Notes: generated by a model from the letters alone, not told the origin. DNA of 64,000 nt from an uncultured virus (IMG/VR IMGVR_UViG_2061766007_000483) (IMGVR_UViG_2061766007_000483); one strand, 5' to 3'; numbered from the stretch's first letter, positions 21,923 through 31,765 are shown. Translations and numbers: made by a program.

Positions 21923-24192
21923 TTATTGAATATAGTCTGTGATTTTCGGTTCAGTTCGGCAGATGTAGATGCGACCCACGTACATCCCGTCCACATTGAC
22001 GCCGTGCCACTCGGCGTACTTGTGCAGTTTGTTGTTAAGGATACGCTTGTATTTCCACACGGGAAGACGTTTTATGTCACATTGTGGATAGCGACCGAAT
22101 ATCAGCGTATCATAACTTATGAAAACCCCCATATTGACGTCCTTTCTTGTGGCGGNNNNNNNNNNNNNNNNNNNNNNNNNNNNNNNNNNNNNNNNNNNNN
22201 NNNNNNNTCGTCTTTTCCGAATGAGACATATATGGTTGAGTCGGCGTTCACACACCGCTCGTCAAACACGAACTTCCTCCGCTCGTTGTCCCTATAGACA
22301 CGTGGGAGGTTCATTGCCAATGTGTCCTTTATGCTTGTGTCAGTCAGTCTTGCCATAGGTCATAAATTGTAATCTTGTTCAAATGGGTATTCAAATCTCT
22401 GCACGAAATACGGTATCTCCGATTTCGTGTGTACTGTGAAATTCTCAACTTTTATTTCGTCAAGGTTAATCGGGACATACTTGTCAAGATACTTGCGGAG
22501 GTTCTTGTATGCACGCATCGTTATCTCATACTCATAATACTTGTAGTCCTTCATCAATCTGCTGTGCAGTCTGCAAAAAGAGACGTCAATGTTTTTCAGG
22601 ACATTGACATCATCTAATATCACCTTTAAGTCATCCGAAGCGTCATTGTCGCTGTCATAGATGATGCCGATATGGAAATCATAGTGATTGGTGTAGTATT
22701 TTGACTTGAATGTGACATAAAGCACATAGTTGCCCTCAATGCAGGTTTGGTCAAAGAAGTATTTTCGGTATTTACTCTCCTTGAACCCTCTCGGCAGTTT
22801 GGGGAGCATTGTGTTTCCAATATCCGATGTGGTGATTCTCGCCATTTTCTAATAAGTGTTTTTGTAAACTGACAATGGCATAATGTATGTGTGGACAAGG
22901 TAATAGTTGTCTGTGTCAAAGTCAGATATATCATTGATGTATCTCATTATTTGCATTCTCATATCACTTTGGCGAACGAGGTCATAACTGCTTTCAATAT
23001 CATAATAGTTTGCCCGACAATGTATGACTTCATCAATGATTTGTTTAAGTGCGCTTGTCACATTTCTATTGTCATACAATACGCCTATGATGAATGTCTC
23101 TTTGCTGTAAACGTCATCAAAGATGAACCATATTATGTTGTTTGGTTCCGTCACGCAGTCATACAGGTAGGTCGTGTTCTCTGATTCATCCAAAATTTTC
23201 GGAAGGCGGAACCCGTTTCCTTCAATTATGTTCGTTTCGGTCAGTTTTCCCATAGTTTGTGTTCAAAAATTCTCACATAGTCCATATATACAAAGTTGTC
23301 CATAATGGATGACTCAATCAGTTTGAGGTCGTCAACCGCATACTCCCCGCAGTCACACAGGTATTGGCGCACGAGTTTCTCCGTAGTCTTGGCGTTCTCA
23401 CGGGCGGATGTGCTTGCATAATAGGTTTCCAATGTCTCATAGTATATGGAGTCCATAAGCACCCGTCCGCCTGTTTTCTCACTTGACTTGTGCAGGTCAA
23501 TCAGTTTTCTCAAGAGTTCCGACTTTGTGATTGTCGCACTGTCAAACAGCACCCCGCTCACATAGTTCACGCCTTTGTCCGACCTGAACACGCAATACAG
23601 CAGATACCTTCCCCTTTCGGCGTCGGGGTCATACCTGAACTGCCGTAGCGGGGTGTTCTCAAACCCGTCGGGGAGTTTCTTTATGCACCCATCCAAAATC
23701 GTGTCCCCGTTTGTTGTTATCCTTGCCATATCTTTATTTTTACGGAATCATCACTTTCAGTTATCTTTCTATCTTTGCTTGGAACGGTTCGCACATCTCA
23801 TTGATGTCATATTCGTTGCAGGAGATTGACACTCCATAAAGGTACCTTTTCTTCCCGTCAAATTCAATACCTGTTATTTCAGTTATGTAGTCACACAATT
23901 TTTTGCAGGCGAGGTTATAGTCTGTGAAGTTGTACGGGAAGAATACCCCGCCATCCTTGTATTCAATTTCTCCGAACAGACTTGTTATCACATCATTCAG
24001 GTATGATGTCATATCCTCCTTGTTGAACAGGATGCGGATTGTTTTCATCAACTCCTCGTTGTGTTCCACATAGGTCGCATATAAGCAGAAGCGGAAGTTT
24101 GCGCTGCCGTCCGAAATGATGGCGGCGTCAGCATAATATTTCACGTCCTTGCCCAATGCGTCCGATATGTTTTCCGTGTCGCTTATTCTCAT
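21923..24192 (-). other. tandem tag-family ORFs: 21923-22356 (across N gap), 22360-22845, 22849-23253, 23241-23729, 23761-24192
   Basis: starts MARLTD, MARITT, MGKLTE, MARITT, MRISD; first four share LP...E...D..Y..F....G...D. Confidence 0.7.
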
Positions 24193-24328
24193 CAGTTGTC
24201 ATTTAATTGAATATAATAAAAAATCCCGACATTTTTAACATCGGGAAGTTTATAATTGGAAAAAACTGTAAAACTACAAGAGTAAAAGGGAATAATTCAA
24301 TTTTTTTATAAGAGAGTATATACAAGAA

Positions 24329-24868
24329 CTAATAAATTACTGCTTCATACCCGTTGTCTTCATTGATTTCTTCAGTCAGAAACGTATCAGACACAAAATC
24401 CATAAACGCCGAATATACATAGTCCCTCGTTAAAGGTGATTTAATTCTGTTAAAATCCTTTACGAATTTCAAATAATCGCATTTTTCGTCAAAAAAAAGT
24501 CTGAACTGCTCAATGTCGTTTCTGTTATACAAGTCATCGTCATTTATCCAACCTTCCGCATTGACAACTATTTTATATGATGTTGAGTAAAGGTTCATAA
24601 GACTCTTGCTGTTATCGTCATAGTTTTCTATATCGTCCCATTCCTCAAGATTGAACACCGCCTCTTTGCAATACGCCACATCAAGAATCGGGTCATATCC
24701 CTCACCACAATCGTCATAAAGTTCATCAGGATACGGTCTCTCGCTCCCTAACTCATACAATTCAAGATTATTTTTCAATTTTGAATTATTGTCAAGTTTG
24801 GATTTTATCAACCTGTCAAGAACTGTGCTTTCATTGACCATCTCGTCAATCCTCTTAATATGTATCAT
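24329..24868 (-). CDS. late hypothetical protein, HIKRIDE-type N-terminus
   Basis: MIHIKRIDEMVNE; TATAAATA at 24894-24901. Confidence 0.65.
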   Translation of the reverse strand: MIHIKRIDEMVNESTVLDRLIKSKLDNNSKLKNNLELYELGSERPYPDELYDDCGEGYDPILDVAYCKEAVFNLEEWDDIENYDDNSKSLMNLYSTSYKIVVNAEGWINDDDLYNRNDIEQFRLFFDEKCDYLKFVKDFNRIKSPLTRDYVYSAFMDFVSDTFLTEEINEDNGYEAVIY

Positions 24869-24926
24869 AATTTCAAACTTATATTTCAGTATATATTTAT
24901 AACAATACTAAATGGATAACTCCTAT

Positions 24927-25211
24927 TTAATTGGCATAGTATCCGTTGCTGTTTTTAAGGTAGTCCGTAACATCATAGACAACATTGTCGGGGAAGATGT
25001 GCATAACATCAAACAGTTCTCTTGTGCCATCAATATCGGTTGCACCTTCATAAAGGTCATATATTTTCATCCATCTGTCACCAGCGGTGGCAAGGTCGCC
25101 ATCTTCATAGGCATTCATCAGTTCACTTGCAAGTTTAACCGCTTGTTTATGCCTGACTGAATTGAATTTTGTAGGCATATTCATTTCATCCACTCTCTTG
25201 ATATGTGTCAT
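24927..25211 (-). CDS. late hypothetical protein, HIKRVDE-type N-terminus
   Basis: start MTHIKRVDEMN. Confidence 0.6.
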   Translation of the reverse strand: MTHIKRVDEMNMPTKFNSVRHKQAVKLASELMNAYEDGDLATAGDRWMKIYDLYEGATDIDGTRELFDVMHIFPDNVVYDVTDYLKNSNGYYAN

Positions 25212-25221
25212 AGTTCTGTTT

Positions 25222-25791
25222 TTATTCTTCTGCGCAGAAGTCACAGATTGTGTCTATTGCCTTGTCAAGCACCTCCGCGATTATTTTCTCAAAGTTCTGT
25301 TTTCCGAGATTGTCTTCAAGTTCGTCCTTCAACTCCATCCCCGCATATCTCTCGTTCCAAGTTTTCTTTATTGTGTCAGAGAACATCTCCCAATCAAACA
25401 CATCGTTCTCCTCGACCTCCTTCACAACCTTGTTGAGTTCCTCATAGTCATCACAACTGTCAACGGTAATCTCATAGTCATTCCTCTCCATATTGAAGTA
25501 GTGGATTCTCATTCCGACCTTGACGTCACAGATGTCATCCATATAGTTCCCGTCCTCATCGTCCATATAGAACTCAAACTTCAACTCAATGTCAAAGTTC
25601 GTGTTGTTGTTCTGCGGTAGGGATATGAAGTCATCAAGCGTACCTCTTTTCTCCCTGTCAAAATAATGCCATTTCTCTCCGTCCCATTTGCACCTGATGC
25701 CAATTCCCGCAACCTCAATCTGATTGTGTCTTATTCGGGTGATGTGCATCTTTGCCTCATTCACCATCTCGTCTATGCTCAATACTCTCAT
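25222..25791 (-). CDS. late hypothetical protein, paralog of 26469-27014
   Basis: MRVLSIDEMVNE; C-terminal ELEDNLGKQNFEKIIAEVLDKAID; TATAAATA at 25815-25822. Confidence 0.65.
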   Translation of the reverse strand: MRVLSIDEMVNEAKMHITRIRHNQIEVAGIGIRCKWDGEKWHYFDREKRGTLDDFISLPQNNNTNFDIELKFEFYMDDEDGNYMDDICDVKVGMRIHYFNMERNDYEITVDSCDDYEELNKVVKEVEENDVFDWEMFSDTIKKTWNERYAGMELKDELEDNLGKQNFEKIIAEVLDKAIDTICDFCAEE

Positions 25792-25939
25792 AATGTCTGT
25801 TTTATTCTACAACATATTTATACGGCAAGGTTGGAAAGAGGCGCGAGTATTACTGATATAATTAGAATTTTGAGTTTTTCCTTGTATTCATTTGTGATAT
25901 AATAATTTACAGGTTGCGTTTTATTTTTTGAAATTTTTT

Positions 25940-25951
25940 ATTATATTCAAA
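25940..25951 (+). promoter_or_regulatory. putative early/middle promoter motif ATTATATTCAA(T/A); minus-strand copies at 10799, 15714, 16562, 18799, 21898, 21925, 24206, 47857 (variant), 56113
   Basis: recurrent motif about 10-45 nt upstream of operon-leading starts, preceded by T-tracts. Confidence 0.65.
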
Positions 25952-25974
25952 TAGAAACCAATAAATTTACGACT

Positions 25975-26461
25975 ATGATTTACGAGACATTGGACAAGAG
26001 AATCGCGACGGCGATGATGGAGGAGAAGGACTCCAAAGAAAAACTGAAAACAAACTTTTGGAAGTCGGTCAAGACCGAGATGGTCAACGCCGTGCATAAG
26101 GGGGTGAAACTTCCAGATGACGAAAAGGAGGTTGAAATCCTGCGCTCTATGCTGAAACGCTCACGCAACGCGGCGGATGAGTTTGCGAAATCGGACAGCG
26201 AAATTGCCGCCGCCAACCGAAAGGTTTGCGAGTATGAGGCGGGNNNNNNNNNNNNNNNNNNNNNNNNNNNNNNNNNNNNNNCTCATCACGACCAATGCGG
26301 TGCTGAACCTCATCAAGGAAAAGACCGAAAGCGACCCGAACTTCAACGTGAAGATGTTGCAGCGTTATACGAAGGACATCATCGCAAAGGTGAAGGAGGT
26401 CTGTCCGACCGCCAACAACGGAGTAATCGCAAGAGTAATCAAGGAAACATCATCAAAATAA
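25975..26461 (+). CDS. GatB/YqeY-domain protein (frame change across N gap)
   Basis: LDKRIATAM..K....KTE....DDEK..ILRSMLKR...AADEF pattern; C-terminus continues in another frame after the gap (..IARVIKE). Confidence 0.6.
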
Positions 26462-26468
26462 AAGTATT

Positions 26469-27014
26469 ATGAACACAAGTCTGTTGCAACTGAAACGGGT
26501 ATTTGACACCCAACTCAACCTTGAAGACATTGAGTTGGATTGCAAGTGGTTCGGCGTGGATTTCTGCAACTTTGTACCAAGTGGTCTTGACCCAATCGGA
26601 GAGTTCAGAAATCTAAAAAAGAACAACGGTCGCAAGTTCAAGTTCCAAGCGACACTTTGTTTCAACGAGACCTATTCGGAGGATGACACCCACCTTGACT
26701 TTGCGGAGGAGGAACTGACCGTCAGCGGTTTCATACGTTTTGACGATATGTCGTCCGACAGATGGGTGGTGGAGATACAGAGATGCACGAACAGGGACGC
26801 ATTCACGAGACTGTTCAAGACCTGTATCGGAGTAACGCCCGCCGCCTTCGCGGATATGCTGCGCGGTGCGTTCTATGACCTTGATTTCGCCGAGACCCTT
26901 GAATACGAACTTGAAGAACATCTCGGTGAGCAGGACTTCCACCAAATCATCTCTGATGTTGAGGACAAAATCATTGATGAGTTGTCAAAACTCGCCGATG
27001 TGAAAAACGACTGA
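26469..27014 (+). CDS. hypothetical protein, paralog of 25222-25791
   Basis: CKWFG and ELEEHLGEQDFHQIISDVEDKIID match CKWDG and the C-terminus of 25222-25791. Confidence 0.6.
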   Translation: MNTSLLQLKRVFDTQLNLEDIELDCKWFGVDFCNFVPSGLDPIGEFRNLKKNNGRKFKFQATLCFNETYSEDDTHLDFAEEELTVSGFIRFDDMSSDRWVVEIQRCTNRDAFTRLFKTCIGVTPAAFADMLRGAFYDLDFAETLEYELEEHLGEQDFHQIISDVEDKIIDELSKLADVKND

Positions 27015-27016
27015 TT

Positions 27017-27895
27017 ATGAAAATAACCGAATCAGGGCAGTTTTCAGAGAGCATAGGGTTGGATGCAATCCCGAAGCAACACCTCACATTTGAGGAATGG
27101 ATGGGTATGGATGAAGCATCACACAGAAGGTATATGTATGCCGTACGCCGAACGCTCTTTGACGGCAATTCAATGCTTTGCACAAAGAATGAGGCGTGGT
27201 TGGAACTTCATAGGGACGACCTGTTTCTTGAAGGCAGAATAGGTTCGCTTGACAGGGGCGGTCGCAAAGAGGGACTCACCGCAGACCTTCACGACGCCGC
27301 AATCATAGAGGAGACCATCAAATATGTGACAGGCATTGACGTGCGTGTCGCATATTGGGGATGGAAAGGATACACACAGGTTGTGCGGTTGAAATTCCGC
27401 AGCGGGTTCACCGTTCTTGTGTTTGTCGGCGACCATCCCCTACAGCATTCTGTGTCGGTCATCGTCAATTCAACCAACACATTCCTTCTCTATTTGACAA
27501 CCGTCGCCTATGCCGTGACACTAAACCCGAACACAATGAGTGCTGTGAATGGAAGGCGTTTCCGTGTGTTCTTCTATGACGATATGAATGCGAACGAACA
27601 TAGTTCCACCATATACTATCAAGAAGACCAACCGATTTTTGAATATGTGGTCTCACCGAATTGTCACACAGTTCCATCAAAGTTGAATTTGTTGCTGTAT
27701 GGCGACGGAAGTGACATATATGATTACGGTTGGTTTGACTGTGTTGATAAATTTGCCCGTAATGTTATCGGGTTCAAGTCATATCACGAACTGCTTGATA
27801 ATGCTATCATAAAAGAAAAATTACAACGGGAATTTGGTTATGAAGATGCTCCGAAAACGTGGTTGTTCGGACAACAAAAAAATGAATGTTTCTAA
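27017..27895 (+). CDS. tag-family hypothetical protein directly upstream of the Cas effector
   Basis: 292-aa ORF starting MKITES; ends 37 nt before the cas ATG. Confidence 0.65.
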   Translation: MKITESGQFSESIGLDAIPKQHLTFEEWMGMDEASHRRYMYAVRRTLFDGNSMLCTKNEAWLELHRDDLFLEGRIGSLDRGGRKEGLTADLHDAAIIEETIKYVTGIDVRVAYWGWKGYTQVVRLKFRSGFTVLVFVGDHPLQHSVSVIVNSTNTFLLYLTTVAYAVTLNPNTMSAVNGRRFRVFFYDDMNANEHSSTIYYQEDQPIFEYVVSPNCHTVPSKLNLLLYGDGSDIYDYGWFDCVDKFARNVIGFKSYHELLDNAIIKEKLQREFGYEDAPKTWLFGQQKNECF

Positions 27896-27932
27896 TGTAT
27901 TAAAACAATAATTCAATTACAATTTTAAGATT

Positions 27933-30293
27933 ATGGCACAACACAAATCAAACAACGAAGAATCAGCAATCAACAAGACTTTCATTTTCAAGGCAAAATG
28001 CGATAAGAACGATGTCATATCGTTATGGGAACCAGCGGCAAAGGAATACTGCGACTATTATAACAAAGTGAGCAAGTGGATTGCCGACAACCTCATCACG
28101 ATGAAAATCGGCGACCTTGCGCAATATATCACTAACCAAAATAGTAAATATTATACTGCCGTTACTAATAAAAAGAAAAAGGATTTACCTTTATATCGTA
28201 TCTTCCAAAAGGGATTCAGTTCACAATGTGCCGACAATGCTTTGTATTGTGCCATTAAATCAATCAATCCCGAAAACTATAAAGGAAACTCACTTGGTAT
28301 TGGTGAAAGCGATTATCGCAGGTTTGGTTACATCCAAAGTGTTGTCAGTAATTTCCGCACGAAAATGTCCTCACTTAAAGCAACAGTAAAATGGAAAAAA
28401 TTTGATGTGAACAATGTTGATGATGAGACATTGAAAATCCAAACAATTTATGATGTTGATAAGTACGGAATTGAAACCGCCAAAGAGTTCAAAGAGTTAA
28501 TTGAAACACTTAAAACGAGAGTGGAAACACCCCAACTCAATGATACAATCGCTCGTTTGGAATGCTTGTGCGATTATTACTCAAAAAATGAGAAAGCAAT
28601 CAACAATGAGATTGAAACAATGGCGATTGCTGATTTGCAGAAATTCGGTGGATGCCAAAGAAAAAGTTTGAATGCTTTCACAATCCATAAGCAAGATTCA
28701 CTTATGGAAAAAGTCGGGAACACCTCTTTCAGACTTCAACTGCCATTCCGTAAAAAAACATACGTCATCAATCTGCTTGGAAATAGACAAGTAGTTAATT
28801 TCGTTAATGGCAAAAGAGTTGATTTGATTGATATTGCCGAAAACCACGGGGATTTGGTTACATTCAATATTAAGAATGGTGTATTGTTTGTACACCTTAC
28901 CTCACCGATTGTATTTGATAAAGATGTGCGCGACATTAGAAATGTGGTTGGCATTGATGTGAATATCAAGCACAGTATGCTTGCCACGTCAATAAAGGAT
29001 GTTGGGAATGTCAAAGGATACATCAATCTTTATAAGGAACTCTTAAATGACGATGAGTTTGTTTCAACTTGCAATGAGTCTGAACTTGCTTTATATCGCC
29101 AAATGTCCGAAAATGTCAACTTTGGCATTTTGGAAACCGATAGTTTGTTTGAAAGGATTGTGAACCAATCAAAAGGCGGATGTTTGAAGAATAAACTCAT
29201 TCGCAGAGAACTTGCAATGCAAAAAGTGTTTGAAAGAATCACGAAAACCAACAAAGACCAAAACATTGTAGATTATGTGAATTATGTCAAAATGATGCGT
29301 GCAAAATGCAAGGCATCTTACATCTTGAAAGAAAAGTACGACGAAAAACAAAAGGAATACTATGTGAAGATGGGATTTACCGATGAATCAACCGAAAGCA
29401 AGGAAACAATGGATAAAAGAAGGGAGGAATTTCCTTTTGTCAATACTGATACCGCAAAAGAACTTTTGGTTAAACAGAACAACATCAGACAAGACATCAT
29501 CGGTTGCAGAGACAATATTGTGACATACGCATTCAATGTTTTCAAGAATAACGAATATGACACATTGTCTGTTGAATATCTTGACAGTTCACAATTTGAC
29601 AAAAGAAGAATAGCGACACCGAAATCTTTGTTGAAATACCATAAATTTGAGGGCAAGACAAAAGATGAGGTTGAAAATATGATGAAGAGTGAAAAATTAT
29701 CCAACGCTTACTATACGTTCAAATATGAAAACGATGTCGTATCGGACATTGATTATTCCGATGAGGGAAATTTGAGACGTAGTAAACTCAATTTCGGTAA
29801 TTGGATTATCAAGTCAATACACTTCGCCGACATTAAAGATAAGTTTGTGCAACTCTCCAACAACAACAAAATGAACATAGTATTCTGCCCATCCGCATTC
29901 TCCTCTCAAATGGATAGTATCACGCACACCCTTTACTATGTGGAAAAAATCACGAAAAACAAAAAGGGAAAGGAAAAAAAGAAATATGTGCTTGCCAACA
30001 AGAAAATGGTTAGAACACAGCAGGAAAAACATATCAATGGTCTTAATGCCGATTATAATTCTGCTTGTAATCTTAAATATATTGCACTTAATGATGAGTT
30101 GAGAGACAAAATGACTGACAGGTTCAAGGCATCTAAAAAAATCAAAACTATGTATAACATACCCGCATATAACATTAAGTCCAATTTCAAGAAAAATTTG
30201 AGCGCCAAAACAATTCAAACTTTTAGAGAACTTGGACACTACCGTGACGGAAAAATAAATGAGGATGGTATGTTTGTTGAAAACTTGGAATAA
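27933..30293 (+). CDS. cas12: compact phage type V CRISPR effector, Cas-lambda family RuvC nuclease (786 aa)
   Basis: RuvC-I VVGIDVNIKH, RuvC-II LSVEYL, RuvC-III LNADYNSACN; motifs I recall from Cas-lambda (YRRFGY, KFGGC.RK, SLLKYHK, IKSIHFADIKD, SQMDS, EKHINGLNADYN); CRISPR array 127 nt downstream. Confidence 0.93.
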   Translation: MAQHKSNNEESAINKTFIFKAKCDKNDVISLWEPAAKEYCDYYNKVSKWIADNLITMKIGDLAQYITNQNSKYYTAVTNKKKKDLPLYRIFQKGFSSQCADNALYCAIKSINPENYKGNSLGIGESDYRRFGYIQSVVSNFRTKMSSLKATVKWKKFDVNNVDDETLKIQTIYDVDKYGIETAKEFKELIETLKTRVETPQLNDTIARLECLCDYYSKNEKAINNEIETMAIADLQKFGGCQRKSLNAFTIHKQDSLMEKVGNTSFRLQLPFRKKTYVINLLGNRQVVNFVNGKRVDLIDIAENHGDLVTFNIKNGVLFVHLTSPIVFDKDVRDIRNVVGIDVNIKHSMLATSIKDVGNVKGYINLYKELLNDDEFVSTCNESELALYRQMSENVNFGILETDSLFERIVNQSKGGCLKNKLIRRELAMQKVFERITKTNKDQNIVDYVNYVKMMRAKCKASYILKEKYDEKQKEYYVKMGFTDESTESKETMDKRREEFPFVNTDTAKELLVKQNNIRQDIIGCRDNIVTYAFNVFKNNEYDTLSVEYLDSSQFDKRRIATPKSLLKYHKFEGKTKDEVENMMKSEKLSNAYYTFKYENDVVSDIDYSDEGNLRRSKLNFGNWIIKSIHFADIKDKFVQLSNNNKMNIVFCPSAFSSQMDSITHTLYYVEKITKNKKGKEKKKYVLANKKMVRTQQEKHINGLNADYNSACNLKYIALNDELRDKMTDRFKASKKIKTMYNIPAYNIKSNFKKNLSAKTIQTFRELGHYRDGKINEDGMFVENLE

Positions 30294-30420
30294 TTCTGTA
30301 TATACCAATTAGAATTGAAAAAAAAACGCTCTTTGACATATTGTTTTCTACATAAAAACAAGATTTTACACAACGCAATACATCATAAAGTGTTGCGTTA
30401 TAACAAATAACAAAAATTCT
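30294..30420 (+). promoter_or_regulatory. CRISPR leader
   Basis: AT-rich non-coding region between cas stop and first repeat; TTGACA at 30333-30338; hairpin aacgcaatac/gtgttgcgtt at 30372-30399. Confidence 0.6.
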
Positions 30421-31212
30421 ATTGTTGGAATATCACTTTTGTAGGGTATTCACAACACATAATGGAATAGTTTGTGCCAAAATAATATTGTTGGAATATC
30501 ACTTTTGTAGGGTATTCACAACGAAATGCCAAGACCAACACTTACGCCTTTGATTGTTGGAATATCACTTTTGTAGGGTATTCACAACGCAAACCAAATC
30601 GGGGAAAGACCACGCACATTGTTGGAATATCACTTTTGTAGGGTATTCACAACTGTATTGCAGTCTTTTAATGTCGTCAGATGAATTGTTGGAATATCAC
30701 TTTTGTAGGGTATTCACAACCAATGATATGTTCAATGCCAACTACAGCATATTGTTGGAATATCACTTTTGTAGGGTATTCACAACGTGATTTCCTTATC
30801 GAAGTCAAACTTCTCCATTGTTGGAATATCACTTTTGTAGGGTATTCACAACTCGTTCATATACTTGACAAAGGCGGCATTGATTGTTGGAATATCACTT
30901 TTATAGGGTATTCACAACGGACGGGAAAGGAAGATGTCAGACGTTTTTATTGTTGGAATATCACTTTTGTAGGGTATTTACAACGCCGAGGTGGTGAATG
31001 AAATATAAAAAAAGAATTGTTGGAATACCCGTTTTATACGGTATTTGCAACTGCAAGAAGGATGCTAAATGTTTGATGTGTATTGTTGGAATACACGTTT
31101 TTTACGGTATTTACAACGGAGTCAAGGCGCTGTTCAAAATCCACGAAATTGTTGGAATACCCGTTTTATACGGTATTTACAACGAGTGCAAGTTTTACAC
31201 GGCATTTACAAC
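30421..31212 (+). CRISPR. CRISPR array: 12 repeats of 36 nt, 11 spacers of 29-31 nt, plus a degenerate partial repeat at 31184-31212
   Basis: ATTGTTGGAATATCACTTTTGTAGGGTATTCACAAC at 30421, 30487, 30553, 30618, 30685, 30751, 30817, 30883, 30949; variant ATTGTTGGAATACCCGTTTTATACGGTATTTACAAC-type at 31016, 31082, 31148. Confidence 0.99.
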
Positions 31213-31261
31213 ACAAACACCGAATGGACTGAAAAAATAAACCCGACCTTGCAACCGAAGA

Positions 31262-31269
31262 TATAAATA
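31262..31269 (+). promoter_or_regulatory. T4-type late promoter TATAAATA; other copies + 376, 34564, 44114, 45081, 56133, 57244, 57897; - 5078, 5442, 5907, 24894, 25815, 32868, 34539, 35309, 42158, 57191, 57220
   Basis: exact octamer, mostly 20-50 nt upstream of starts and on the coding strand; identical to the T4 gp55 consensus. Confidence 0.8.
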
Positions 31270-31291
31270 AAGCAGTACAAAATTTGAAACT

Positions 31292-31702
31292 ATGGCACAC
31301 ATTAAAAAAATTGACGAAATGGCAAGACAAACTGTTTCACTTCGTTCTGACTCATTGTTCAAAAAAGCGTTTGAGGAATTTGAAAAGGAGTTGGAAGAAG
31401 TTCTCAAATCGCACAACAATATCATTTATTGTGGAGGTGATGATGACTTCAATGACACAATCGCATATTTTCAGTCAAAGGACGACGGACACATTGAAAC
31501 TTCAATGGTGAGCGCAATTCGTCTCAAAAATGATGAAGTTGAAATTCTGTCCTATGATAATTCTGTTCTTACACCCGAACAGGTGTCCGCCGTTGATGAT
31601 GACGATTGGATTCTTCTCAATGATGATTTTTACAGCGACCTTATGCTGTGGGAAACCCTGTTGAGCATCTATACTGATTTGAAATCAAGGAACGACCTCT
31701 AA
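31292..31702 (+). CDS. late hypothetical protein, HIKKIDE-type N-terminus
   Basis: MAHIKKIDEM; late promoter upstream. Confidence 0.7.
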   Translation: MAHIKKIDEMARQTVSLRSDSLFKKAFEEFEKELEEVLKSHNNIIYCGGDDDFNDTIAYFQSKDDGHIETSMVSAIRLKNDEVEILSYDNSVLTPEQVSAVDDDDWILLNDDFYSDLMLWETLLSIYTDLKSRNDL

Positions 31703-31739
31703 AAACATCAGAAAGACCAAATGGATGATTCCGAAAAAG

Positions 31740-31765
31740 AAAAGGACTGCGATGCAGTCCTTTTT
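31740..31765. terminator. bidirectional intrinsic terminator
   Basis: aaaaggactgc-gat-gcagtcctttt between convergent genes. Confidence 0.8.

Noticed and set aside
27933..30293. IS200/IS605 TnpB or Cas12f/Cas12a assignment
   Set aside because: 786 aa, no CxxC zinc finger, no tnpA or IS ends, and adjacent to a true array; size and motifs fit Cas-lambda better.
30294..30420. tracrRNA / anti-repeat
   Set aside because: No extended complementarity to the repeat seen here or upstream of cas; the hairpin is self-contained.
30721..30729. Spacer 5 targeting the 19-bp palindrome (caatgatat)
   Set aside because: Only a 9-nt match, expected by chance.
30554..31266. Short ORFs over the array
   Set aside because: Translations of CRISPR repeats (CWNITFVGYSQ periodicity).
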